Below, in pieces: positions 9,994 to 20,367 of a stretch of 64,000 nucleotides of DNA. The notes beneath the pieces are model-generated. The model ran no database searches. It was not told where the DNA came from and saw only the letters and a program-made list of their open reading frames with translations. The DNA lies in the NCBI RefSeq assembly GCF_000142905.1, contig NW_013657627.1:233565-297564 (forward strand), written 5' to 3'. The translations under genes were made by a program, and so were the position numbers. This DNA comes from Thecamonas trahens ATCC 50062. Taxonomy: Eukaryota > Protista > Apusomonadida. Every line of letters starts with the position of its first letter. Positions within the stretch are counted from its first letter, which is position 1.

Positions 9994-12900
9994 TCAGGAG
10001 AGCGCCTCAAAGTAGGCAAAGTTCTCCAGCATGTTCTCGAGCAGCGAAGAGAGCTCCGGGAAGAGGGTGACAAATACGGAGAAGAAGGGCTGGACGACAA
10101 ACTTGATAAAGTTGACCTCGAGCGGCGCAAGCATTGAGGTCTCGCGGTCAAAGATAGGGGTGACGGGCAGGCCGATGTCGCGCTCGCGGTCGCCTTGGGC
10201 GAGGAACTCTGCAAAGACCATATCTGCCCAGTCCTTGAAGATGGCGAGCGGGCGCGTGGGGTTTGAGATGTCTGCGGCGTGGAGGATGACGCCGGCGAGG
10301 AGCTTGCGGTCCGACTCGGAGGTGGGGTCGAGCTCGCGGGTCTGGACGACGACCTGGAACTGGCCCATAATTTCAAAGTGCGAGGCCATGTCTGTGACGA
10401 GGATGGCGTGAACAGCGATGGCGCGGAAGGACGCAGTCTGATCTGCCGAGAGGACCGAGGTGATGTCGCAGGCCGGCGAGGAGAGGACGCGGAAGAGGAG
10501 CGCTGCGTGATGGTTCTCAAGGACCGAGTTGTCGTTGTAGAGGCGAGCGAGCGGGGCCTGGACGGCGACCAGAAAGTCGTTGTTGAGGCCGGGGTGGTTG
10601 ACATCGTGCGCCACAGCGGCGCAGAGGAGGGCGAGCGAGTCGAGCGGGGTGAGGAGGTCCGCCGCGCCCGAGTGGGTGATGTAGTAGTAGACGGACTGGG
10701 TGACGTCGGCGGCGTGGACAAAGTTATGATACGGGTTCGGCGACTTGTAGAGGTGCGAGACAGCGACGACAAAGTTGTAGACGAGCTCTTCGGAGAGGCC
10801 AAATGCGGCCATGACGCCAGCGGCATCAAACATCGCGACGAGACAGACGATGAGGTCGGGCTTGGAGAGCGAGGTGGCGGCAAACGAGAGCGTGTCGATG
10901 TGGTGGCGGGCTTGGGAGAGGGTGAGCGAAGCGTGCTTGGTAGCGTCGGCGACGAGGGCGGCGACGCACGAGGTGATGGCGTCGACCCAGACAAAGGCGC
11001 CCCACGCGGTGGCCTCAACACCCGATGACGGCTCGTAGGCGAGAGTACCGGCGACAGGCGGGGCGTCGGGCGGGATCGAGGACGTCGAGCCTCCAGCGTC
11101 ACGGAGCGGCGAGTCCTCAAGATGGCCGACGAGACCGGCGGCCTGCGAGCACGGCGACTTGGAGCGGTCGCGGTCGGACGAGTTGTCGAGCGAGGCGACC
11201 GAGGAGATGGAGCGGCGGAGGGCGTGCGACTTGCCGCGCGGGCGGCGGGTGAAGGTGTCGAGGATCCACTCCGAGTGGGAAGACATGCGACGAAGGCGCC
11301 CGGGCGGGGCCGGCGGGACCTGCGACGGACCGGTCGACGGTGAGGTCGGTGACATGTTGCGGCCGTAGCGCGGAAGAGGGGCGGCGAGCGAGGCGCGGCG
11401 CTTCTGGCCGCGGGCCATGGCGGCGGCGCGGTGGATGGTCATGGTGTCGTCGGAGGAGACAAGCGGGAGCGGCGGTGGCGGCGAGCGCGAGACCGAGATG
11501 GACTGGTGCGAGGTTGGCGGCGAGGACGAGGCAAACTCCTCCCCGGACGAGCCGCGGGCGCCGCCGCCCGGAGTGGGCGAGGTGGTGATCCGCGGCTGAA
11601 AGAGGTCGCCCGAAGCAAGTTGCGAGATGACACTCTGCAGCTCGTAGCGGACAAAGTCGGCCTTGTGGGGGTTGCCGAGGTCAAGCCTGGTGAGCTCCTG
11701 AAGGCGCGAGACGAGCGAGAGGAGCGGCGTCTCAACGAGGGCGAGCTTTGTCCGCATGTCGTCCATGTGCGACTCGAGGTGGGTGTGCTTCTTCCGCTCG
11801 GCCTCGATGAGCGAGAGCTTCCAGCGGAGAGTGACCTTGCGCATGGCATCGATGGCCGAGTGCTGGTGACCGGCACGGCCGCGGGCGAGGCCCATGCGGT
11901 GGAGATGGGCCGGGAGCGAGCTCTTCCGGCTGGGCTGAAGCATGGTGGGCGGGGCGAGGCCGCGGACGCGGTGGGCAAGCGCGGCGGGCACAAACGGTTT
12001 GACGAGGTAGTCGACAACGCCATCGGCCATAAACGCCGCGATAATCTCGACAGAGTTACGCGGAAAGATGGCAAAGACACGCGGAATGTGGCCCATCTTC
12101 TGCTTGACAAGGGTGCGGAGCCAAGAGTGAGCAACTTGGACGCCACCAACCTCAATGTCAAGGACAATGAGGTCGACGTGCGCCGAGTCGAGGACAATGA
12201 GCGCGTCCTCGGGGTCGGGCGCCTCGTACACGTCGGAAAAGTTAAAGTGACGCAAGATGTCGGCGGCTGAGATGGCCGACGAGGTGGGCGGCGCAACAGG
12301 AATGCCGTTGTGCAGCGCAATGTCGGTCCCGCCGTCGATGTGGCACTGGACGGTGCCCCACTCATCCGAGGCTGACGGGGCCAGGTCGGAGGAGGCAGTT
12401 GAGTCAGACGAGTCGGACGAGGACGAGTCGGACGAGGACGAGGGAGAGTGGGCAGCCGACGCGGTGGCATTGGTGTCGTCCGAAATAGACGAGAGCGACG
12501 AGAGCGTCGATGCTGGCGCGCCGTGCTGGACCGGCGGAGCAAGGTGAGCGGCCGACGAGGCGGCGGCGATGGCGTGCGGGGCTGGGGCGGCGCTAGGGCC
12601 AGACTCGACCGAGCCGGTGGCCGAGAGTTCGAGCGAGGTCCGCGGCGACGTGGGGCTCCGCGGCGAGCTCTCGCCAGACGAGGTGAACGAGGGAATGTCA
12701 AGATTGTGGTGGTCCATCTCTCCGAGGCCGCTTGGGTTGGCGATCTCGGTGGCGGAGCGACGCATGGGGCGAAGAACTGGCGAGACGGAGCGTGACGGGT
12801 TTGGCGCCGGCTCGGGCGCGCCCTTGGCCGACTTTGCACGCTTGCCGCGGACACGGTGCTTGCGCCGGCCGGAGCGGAGAAGAGGTGAGCTAGCCTTAGT

Positions 12901-13683
12901 TGTTGCCTTGGCAGTTGCCTTGGATCGCGAGCGCGGCGTCAGGTCCATGTTCATCGACTCGGCGAGCTTGCCGAGCGTGTCTGCAGCAAAGGCAACTATG
13001 AGAATGTCCTTGACAAAAGCCGACCGCTCGGGTGCAACCATACTCTTTGTGGCGGGGAGATCTGGGACGCGATCGGTGCCAGTGGCATCGCCCGCAGCCG
13101 AGTCATCGGTCGCACCGCTGGCAGCCTTCCGCCACTTAGCCATTAGCCTGTTGCCTGGTGAGTCGACGCGGTTGCCTACACGGGCCAGACTCGCCATGTC
13201 CCGAGTGGCTGCATGCAGCGGGGCAGAGATGACCTCTGTCCGCCCGGGCATGTCCTCGATGTTTGTATCCGAGAGCGAGCGAGTTATGGCATGTGGCGGG
13301 AGACCAGCCAGAGAGCGACCATCACCAGAGTTACCCTCAGGAGAAGGAGGGACAAGCCTAGGTATGAGCGGTGAGGGCGGCATGTCTACCATCTGTTCCT
13401 CCGCCGCCGACAAAGACGATGATGACGATGACGATGACGATGACGAGGAAGAAGACGATGACGAGTAAGAACGCCGAGCGCCACCACCACCAACAGCAGC
13501 AGCGCCACCACCACCACCACCACCACCACCAGCAGCCATCCTCGCACTACTTGGAGATACCGACGACATGAGTGATGCTGTTGTGTTGGCTGTCTTGTCA
13601 TGGCTCATTTTCATGCCATTGTGGCTTTCTGTCTCTCCGCAGCTGGACGACAGCGCGTCGTCCGAGTCCCACGACTGCGACAT
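9994..13683 (-). CDS. Class I cyclic-nucleotide phosphodiesterase with response-regulator receiver-like domain (RegA/PDE8-like layout)
   Basis: PDEase_I motifs NPYHNFVHAADV, HDVNHPGLNN, LYNDNSVLENHH, TDMASH, HAADISN, EFLAQGDRER. REC-like segment EAPDPEDALIVL...VDLIVLDI...GVVDYLVKPF. Confidence 0.92.
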   Translation of the reverse strand: MSQSWDSDDALSSSCGETESHNGMKMSHDKTANTTASLMSSVSPSSARMAAGGGGGGGGGAAAVGGGGARRSYSSSSSSSSSSSSSSSSSLSAAEEQMVDMPPSPLIPRLVPPSPEGNSGDGRSLAGLPPHAITRSLSDTNIEDMPGRTEVISAPLHAATRDMASLARVGNRVDSPGNRLMAKWRKAASGATDDSAAGDATGTDRVPDLPATKSMVAPERSAFVKDILIVAFAADTLGKLAESMNMDLTPRSRSKATAKATTKASSPLLRSGRRKHRVRGKRAKSAKGAPEPAPNPSRSVSPVLRPMRRSATEIANPSGLGEMDHHNLDIPSFTSSGESSPRSPTSPRTSLELSATGSVESGPSAAPAPHAIAAASSAAHLAPPVQHGAPASTLSSLSSISDDTNATASAAHSPSSSSDSSSSDSSDSTASSDLAPSASDEWGTVQCHIDGGTDIALHNGIPVAPPTSSAISAADILRHFNFSDVYEAPDPEDALIVLDSAHVDLIVLDIEVGGVQVAHSWLRTLVKQKMGHIPRVFAIFPRNSVEIIAAFMADGVVDYLVKPFVPAALAHRVRGLAPPTMLQPSRKSSLPAHLHRMGLARGRAGHQHSAIDAMRKVTLRWKLSLIEAERKKHTHLESHMDDMRTKLALVETPLLSLVSRLQELTRLDLGNPHKADFVRYELQSVISQLASGDLFQPRITTSPTPGGGARGSSGEEFASSSPPTSHQSISVSRSPPPPLPLVSSDDTMTIHRAAAMARGQKRRASLAAPLPRYGRNMSPTSPSTGPSQVPPAPPGRLRRMSSHSEWILDTFTRRPRGKSHALRRSISSVASLDNSSDRDRSKSPCSQAAGLVGHLEDSPLRDAGGSTSSIPPDAPPVAGTLAYEPSSGVEATAWGAFVWVDAITSCVAALVADATKHASLTLSQARHHIDTLSFAATSLSKPDLIVCLVAMFDAAGVMAAFGLSEELVYNFVVAVSHLYKSPNPYHNFVHAADVTQSVYYYITHSGAADLLTPLDSLALLCAAVAHDVNHPGLNNDFLVAVQAPLARLYNDNSVLENHHAALLFRVLSSPACDITSVLSADQTASFRAIAVHAILVTDMASHFEIMGQFQVVVQTRELDPTSESDRKLLAGVILHAADISNPTRPLAIFKDWADMVFAEFLAQGDRERDIGLPVTPIFDRETSMLAPLEVNFIKFVVQPFFSVFVTLFPELSSLLENMLENFAYFEALS

Positions 13684-13715
13684 GGAAAGGGGGGGGGTGA
13701 GGGTGGGAGGGGTGG

Positions 13716-13753
<38 letters not shown>

Positions 13754-13904
13754 TATTGGGGGTGGAGTGTGTATGTGTATGTGTGTGGGTGTGGGTGTGG
13801 GTGTGGGTGTGGGTGTGGTAGTGGCAGTGGCAGTGGTGGGCGTTTGCGGAGCGGGAGTGTCGTAGTCTGGTTGTTCTGATCATTGGCTACCAGCTAGCAA
13901 AGGC

Positions 13905-14120
13905 CATCATCTACCGCAGTCGTTGGTCATCATCTACCGCAGTCGATGGTCATCGTCTACCGCAGTCGTTGGTCATCATCTACCGCAGTCGTTGGTCATC
14001 ATCTACCACAGTCGTTGGTCATCATCTACCGCAGTCCATGGTCGATGGTCATCATCTACCACAGTCGTTGGTCATCATCTACCACAGTCGTTCGTCATCA
14101 TCTGCCGCAGTCGTTGGTCA
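13905..14120. repeat. Minisatellite: about 9 copies of 23-bp CATCATCTACCGCAGTCGTTGGT
   Basis: Near-identical tandem units with no unique spacers, between the divergent PDE and Tweety-like genes. Confidence 0.95.
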
Positions 14121-14432
14121 TTGGTGCTGACCGAATGTTTTTTGCTGCACTTTGTTCTGTTGTGTGTAAAGGGCGGGTATCAGCCGGATGTGTTTGGTGT
14201 GTGTGTGTGGGGGGGGTGGGGGGTGGTGTAGTAATTTTTTTTATATGTCTGGTGGTTGACGAAAATGGAACGAACCAAATGGTGCGAAGGGTGAGTCAAT
14301 TGAGCGGTAAATGGAGTTACGGAACAGCGTGGGTTCGGACCACGGCGGGACGAGGAAGGTGGGGGCGGGGGAGGAGAGCACACTTGTCGCCGAATAGGAA
14401 CAGGTGTAGACGGCTTGTTTGTACCTTGCAAG

Positions 14433-16205
14433 ATGCATGTGTCATATGTGTTCATGGCCTTGGTCTGCTACGGCGCCATTCTCGGCCTCGTCACCATGCA
14501 GTCGGCAGCCACGCCGTCGTCGGTCGGCCACTCCTCGCCGGTCTCCCTCGCGTCAACCGATGGGACTACCCGGGCTGATCTGAGATCAGAGCTGGCGATG
14601 GCAAGAGAGGAGGGTGCGCTGGCAAAGCGTCCCATCCGGACTCTCCTGAGGAGAACCGCAACAGGTACCAAGATCTCCAATAGGTATGTGATCAGGGTGA
14701 ACGAGGAGGAGGGAGGGAAGGAGAGGGGGGAGAGGGCAAGGTCCGGGGGGTACTTACCGAGGGCATGGCTGGTCGGGGACAGGTTCTGTGCGCTGAACGA
14801 GCAGAATGAGTGCGATTGGGAGAACTACGCATCGTTCCTGCTGGCGGTGGTGGTGCCGATGATTGTGCTGGCGTGTCTGATGTGCGTGTGTGGCCCGCTG
14901 CTGGCTTGCTTCCGCATGTGCGGGTGCATGGGCGGGCGGCATCCGCGGCCGGGCCTCTGCTGTGGCAAGGGCAATGTGGACAAGCTGTATTCCAAGTCGA
15001 CCATTCATGCGGTCAAGGGGCTCGCCCTGGTTGCCGTTGTGGTCTGCTTCATCTGTCTCGTGTGCGCGTACGTGGGCAACGCTCGGACGAGCGAGGGCGT
15101 CAACGGCGTGGTCGACGCACTCATCAAGGCCGGCGACTCGCTGGTGGCGCAAGTGCGGGCGATTGGGACGTCGCTTGAGGCGCTTCCATACACGCGCGAC
15201 GTGGCAGCGTCGATTAGCGAGGCAGCTAACTCGGCCAACTCGTTTGTCAACGACGTGCGGTCGGCCAAGAAGGACATCAACGCGTACGAGGTCATCCGGG
15301 CGGTGGCGGCCAACATCTCGCTCCTTGTCCCGTTCCTCATGCTCCTCACCTCGGTCTCACTCGGTATCCTCAACAAGCGCGGCTGCTGCATCCACATTGT
15401 ATTTGGCACGCTCATCACGCTCTCGCTTTCCTTTGTCTGGCTCTCAACCGGCATCCATTCACTGCTGGCCATTGTATTTGATGACGCTTGCGACGAGTTT
15501 GCCACCTTTATCGATGGCTCGAACCCTGACAACATCCTCGACACGCTCGTTGGCTGCTCGTCAAGCTCGGGCATCGCGTCGGGCTTCCAGGGCCTCGCCG
15601 ACGACGCACGCTCTGGGCTCGACCAGTCGGTCTCGGCGTCGTGCTCGCGGCTCGAGCCGGCGTGCGCCGTCACGGCCTCGCCGCGGCTCAACGGGTGTCC
15701 CAGCGTGTGCAACGCGACGACGCTGCCGAGCTACCGCCAGGCCACCTGGACTCCGTCGCCCAACACAGGCGGACAGCCGCTTACACTTGACGCCTGCCGC
15801 ACAGAGTGCACCCAGGGATCAGACGAGCAGTCAACCTCGGTTGCAGCTTTCACCGAGATTGGCGACGTGATCGAGTACAACCGCATCCTCTCCGAGGAGA
15901 TCATTCCGCTGCTCAACTGCGACTTTCTCACCACCCTCGTTCGCGACCTCTTTGCCTCGTTCTGCACCAAGCTCACGTCGGGCCTCAAGATGGTCGCCCA
16001 ATCACAGATCGCCATGGCCACTTTTCTCATGATCGGCATCTTCCTCCTCTGGCTCGGCCAGAAGCGCTTCCTTCCTGTCTCGGAATCGGCCGAAGAGGCC
16101 GGCCCGCCCAAGAAGGTCGACGAGTACGGCGCCGCCCCCCCACCAGCGTACCACGATGACGACATGGGTGTGTATCCTGGCGACAAGGAGCTGGACCAGT
16201 ATTGA
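14433..16205 (+). CDS. Tweety/prominin-family multipass membrane protein; probable in-frame intron 14684..14782
   Basis: AYVGNARTSEGVNGVVDAL resembles the Tweety motif GFYGNSETSDGV. TM3/TM4 are followed by WLSTGIHSLLAIVFDDAC, then a Cys-rich ectodomain, TM5 and a cytoplasmic PPAY motif. A 99-nt G-rich GTATGT...GGACAG segment reads as an intron. Confidence 0.75.
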   Translation: MHVSYVFMALVCYGAILGLVTMQSAATPSSVGHSSPVSLASTDGTTRADLRSELAMAREEGALAKRPIRTLLRRTATGTKISNRYVIRVNEEEGGKERGERARSGGYLPRAWLVGDRFCALNEQNECDWENYASFLLAVVVPMIVLACLMCVCGPLLACFRMCGCMGGRHPRPGLCCGKGNVDKLYSKSTIHAVKGLALVAVVVCFICLVCAYVGNARTSEGVNGVVDALIKAGDSLVAQVRAIGTSLEALPYTRDVAASISEAANSANSFVNDVRSAKKDINAYEVIRAVAANISLLVPFLMLLTSVSLGILNKRGCCIHIVFGTLITLSLSFVWLSTGIHSLLAIVFDDACDEFATFIDGSNPDNILDTLVGCSSSSGIASGFQGLADDARSGLDQSVSASCSRLEPACAVTASPRLNGCPSVCNATTLPSYRQATWTPSPNTGGQPLTLDACRTECTQGSDEQSTSVAAFTEIGDVIEYNRILSEEIIPLLNCDFLTTLVRDLFASFCTKLTSGLKMVAQSQIAMATFLMIGIFLLWLGQKRFLPVSESAEEAGPPKKVDEYGAAPPPAYHDDDMGVYPGDKELDQY

Positions 16206-16387
16206 TTACATCATAACATTCACTGCACAAACAAAGCTCATCTGGCAGAGATGCCCGCGGCCGAGCAAGGAGCCGGAGCCGAGCCAACTATGACCGACCG
16301 AGGCCGGTAACCGAATCACACTTGTCGTGCATGCCCAAAGGACCGTCTACTCCTCGCACCCGTCCCAACGCATACCTGCTGAACCGC

Positions 16388-18292
16388 ATGCGTGTAGTCG
16401 GTATGTGTGTCCCCCGCCCGTCTTTGTCATCCCCCCCCCCCCCCCTCTGTTCCCCCCAAGTGCGACCTCCTCTGGCGCAGGTACTCACGCAGTGGAACAA
16501 TGGATGGTGGGCATGGGTGATCTGCGGCCGATGTACGACCTGTGGCTGGTGTGTTATCTGTGGCTGGTGTGCGACCTGTTGCTGGTGTGCGACCTGTGGC
16601 TGGTGCGCGGCTGATCCGTGTGCGACCTGTTGCTGGTGTGCGACCTGTGGCTGGTGCGCGGCTGATCCGTGTGCGACCTGTGGCTGATGTGCGGGTGATC
16701 CGTGTGCAACCTGTGGCTGGTGTGCGACCTGTGGCTGGTGCGCGACCTTTCGCTGGTGTGCGGATGATCCGTGTGCGACCTGTGGCTGATGTGTGGGTGA
16801 TCTGTGTGCGACCTGTGGCGGGTACGCAGTCACCACCGAGACCGGCGACATCGCCACCATCGAGGTGAGCGCCTCAGAGACCATCGAGTCGCTCAAGGCC
16901 CTCGCCGCTATCCAGCTTTCCATCCCACTGCTCGAGCTAACATGCATGTTCAACGGCCGTCCGTTGTCGGATTCCTCCACCCTCGCTGATGCCGGCATTG
17001 CTGACAACGATGTTGTTCTGATGCAGCGGTCGCCTGCGTCGTCGGCCACACCGGCTCCACCCGCTGCCGCTGGTCAGATGTTCTCTGCTGACCAGATGGC
17101 CAACATGCTGGCATCGTTTGGCGGCGGCGGCGCCCCACCGCCTGCTCCCGCTCCCGCCGCTCCCGCCGCCGTCGCGGGCCCGGGCGCCTCCCCGGCGACA
17201 AGCGACCCAGCCGCCGCCCGCCGCGATCAAATGGCTGCTGCCATGCGCTCATTCTTCCAGAACAACCCGTCAGCGCCGCCGCCGTCGAGCGGCTCGGCCA
17301 TGGCGCTCGGCGCCACCACAGCGCCTCCACCGCTCCCAGACGACGGCCAAGTCCGCATCCAGGTCGAGGGCCAGTACTACACTGCCACCGAGTTTATCGA
17401 GTATGTCAAGGCCTCGCCGGACTTTCTCATGCGTCTTTCGTCGTCCAACCCGCAGCTCGCCCAGCTTGTCCTCGAGAACCAAGTCGACGAGGTAGAGCGC
17501 TTTATCCGCTCCTCGCAGGCCGCCGCTAAGAAAATCCGCGACCTCGAGGCCCGCATTGCCGCCAATCCGTTTGATGTCGAGGCCCAGCGCGAGCTTGAAG
17601 AGCAGATCCGCCAGCGCAATGTCGAAAACAACCTTGCTCAGGCCATGGAGCACAATCCAGAGGCCTTTGGCTCCGTCTACCTCCTCCGCATCAACTGCGA
17701 GGTCAACGGCGTACCGGTCCAGGCACTTGTCGATTCGGGTGCCCAGTCGACCATCATGTCCGAGGCCTGCGCCGAGCGCTGCGGCATCATGCGGCTCATT
17801 GACACTCGGTTCGCAGGCACCGCTGTTGGCGTCGGCTCGGCGCCCATCGCCGGGCGCGTTCACGCCGCGCCCATTACCATTGCCGGCAAGCACCTTACCT
17901 CCTCGTTCACCGTCCTCAAGTCGGACGGCGTCGACTTCCTACTCGGCCTCGACAACCTCCGCCGCCACGAGTGCTGCATCGACCTCCGTGCCGACGTCCT
18001 CCGCATCGGCGACGCCGAAGTGCCCTTCCTTTCCGAGGCCGACATCCACGCTCTCCGCAAGGACGCGCCTAATCCGGCCATCGACTCGGGCCGCGCAGCC
18101 ATGGACACCACCACCACCACCACCACAACCTCGACCTCGTCCGCAACTGCCAGCGGGAGCGTCGAGATCTCTGACGATGCCATTGCAAGGGTCATGGCGC
18201 TCGGCTTTACTCGCGAGCAGGCCGTCGCGGCCTTGCAACAGACCGGCGGCGACGAGGCTTTTGCCGCTAATCTCCTCTTTGCTTCGCAGTAA
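16388..18292 (+). CDS. DDI1: DNA damage-inducible protein 1 (UBL-HDD-retroviral-like aspartic protease-UBA); exon 1 16388..16400, intron 16401..16829
   Basis: Splicing GTATGT...CGCAG gives MRVVVTTETGDIATIEVS (UBL). Also NPFDVEAQRELEEQIRQRNVENN, AMEHNPEAFGSVYLL, catalytic ALVDSGAQSTIMS, FLLGLDNLRRHECCIDL, and UBA MALGFTREQAVAALQQTGGDEAFAANLL. Confidence 0.96.
16510..16820. repeat. Intronic compound minisatellite (18-bp GTGCGACCTGTGGCTGGT interleaved with about 15-bp GTGCGCGGCTGATCC)
   Basis: Visible tandem units inside the DDI1 intron. Confidence 0.9.
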
Positions 18293-18305
18293 GCGGGCCG
18301 ACCGG

Positions 18306-19900
18306 CTACACACCGGAACCACCGTCCGCCGCCATGTCAGCATTCTCATCCTCGTCCGAGTAGTACGAGTACGAGTAAAAGTCAAACGACGGGCTGCCGA
18401 CTACCGCTACCCCGGCCGTGGTCGCAATCCGCGCCGGTGTCGACGACGCCGCCGCCGCATCGTCGTCGACGTCCGAGTACGACCAGTATGAGTAGTACTC
18501 GTACTCGCTGTCATTGCCGCCCGACATCACCGCAGGGCGACCCGGAGGCAGCGGCAGCACGCTCTTCTCTGGCGAAGGCGAGAGGGTGATCGAGCCCGTT
18601 GTCGAGACGGAAAACACACCAGACGACGAGCTATCACTTCCATCGTCGTGGTCGTGGTTGACCAGCGCAGGATCCGATGCTGGCGCCGGAGCAGCCTTGG
18701 GCCGTGCTGGCAGCGGTGGCAGCGGCGCCGCCCGCTTGGGCAGTGGCGCCGCCCGCTTAGGCAGTGGCTCGGACTGCGGCGTGGTTGCAGTTGTGATCGG
18801 TGGCGTCTCTGACACGGGCGTCTGCACTGGCGCTGGCACTGGCGCTGGCACTGGCGCTGGCGCGAGCTCCGGCGCTGGCGCGGGTCTCGGGTCTGGCTTG
18901 GGTGCCGGGCGTTGTGGGAGTGGCTTGGGCGCTGGACGGTGCGGCAACGGCCTGGGTTGTACGGCCTTGGGCTGCGGAGCGGCTGCGACTGGCCGCGGCG
19001 GGAGCACCGGTCGCTCGGGCGACGCCGGCTCGGGCGATGCCGGCTCGGGCGATGCCGGCTCGGGTGGGGCGGCCGCGGGCGACGTCGGCTCGGGTGGGGC
19101 GGGCTCGGGCAACGGGAAGGTGGGTGGCGCCGGCTTGGGTGGTGCAGGAAGCGGCTTGTCCGGAATGCTGACATGAGCAGCAGTCTTGGCCGCGGGTGAA
19201 AGGCCGCGCTTGGAGCGCTTGCGGACCCGGACTCGTGTGCGGGTGCGAGTGCGCTTGGCCGCGACACTAAGCTCATGCGCCGAGTCGGGAACAGGGAAGA
19301 GGTCATCAAAGTGAACGATGAACAGTTCAACGGCCTTGTTGGCCTGGCCCATGGTAGCCACCGAGGCCAGCGGATCATCGGCATCGCCCAGTCCGCGCAG
19401 CAGGTTTGGCGCAAAGACAAGGGCCAGGTTTGCGGCGCCCATTGAGTTTGCGGCTTCGTGGCTGGCGACCTGGCGAAGAAAGGCGATGAGGGCGCGGAGG
19501 ATGACCATCCGTCTCGGCGACAGTCGCTCGAGTACAGAACCGAGTGCAGCAATGGGCTCATCCGCACGGACACTCGCCACCACATCATCATAGAGACGAG
19601 CAGGGATGAGCGGATCCGGTAGCTCTCTGAAGAACATCTTGAGGAGGGCAGCAGCGGTATGCTCATCAATGTTGGCAATGTCCGCGGTTCCATTCGAGGT
19701 ATCCAGCTCTGTCTTTGTGGCCTTGATGGCCGAAGCCGAAGCTGAGAGTCTGAACAGACCCTTTGTCTCCAGCGCCCCATCCCGACTCTGAAGTAGCGCA
19801 ATGAGCTTGCGTGGTACCCGAGGCAGCCACATCGGGTGCTCCTCCTCCTCCCACTTTGTGATCGACTCGCTTGTCATGCCCCGACCACTGCCACCAGGAC

Positions 19901-19932
<32 letters not shown>

Positions 19933-20117
19933 AGTCCATTGTCACCAGTATCAGCTCTGTCTCCCACTGACTTGCTCTTGCTCCTCTTGCCAGACGTGGT
20001 GGTAGCCGGCTGACTCTCTGCGAGGTAGAGCTCATGCAGAGGTCGGCCGAACACAGACAGCGCACGTGCTGCATCAGCCTTCTTCCGCTTGCGTCGTTTG
20101 CGGAATGACTTGATCAT
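18306..20117 (-). CDS. RhoGAP-domain protein with Pro-rich tail and Tyr/Ser/acidic C-terminus
   Basis: KGLFRLSAS (arginine finger), HTAAALLKMFFRELPDPLIP, NSMGAANLALVFAPNLL. An extra 5' exon is possible. Confidence 0.92.
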
Positions 20118-20367
20118 CGGTGACGGGGTGCCTGCCTATGGCTATGGTTACGGCTATGGAGGGGGGCGGGGCGGGGGGGGGGGGGGAGGGGTGGGAGAGA
20201 GGTGTTCGCAGGAACGGGGCACGTTGGCCTGACACGTGGGAGATCGGTGGGTGCGGGGGGTTATTGATGGGGGTATGATTAATGTTGTTGTTGTTGGGGG
20301 GTTGTTGATGGGGGTATGATCAATGCTGTTGTTGTTGTTGTTGTTGGGGGGATCGACGCGGTCAAAG

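Noticed and set aside
13905-14120. CRISPR-like array
   Set aside because: Units are directly adjacent with no unique spacers, there are no cas genes, and the context is eukaryotic.
16288-17049. HQPQVA repeat ORF on the minus strand
   Set aside because: Antisense to the DDI1 intron repeat and exon 2.
17690-18030. Retroviral-type aspartic protease as evidence of an LTR retroelement
   Set aside because: It is the normal RVP domain of DDI1, flanked by UBL and UBA; no RT or integrase.
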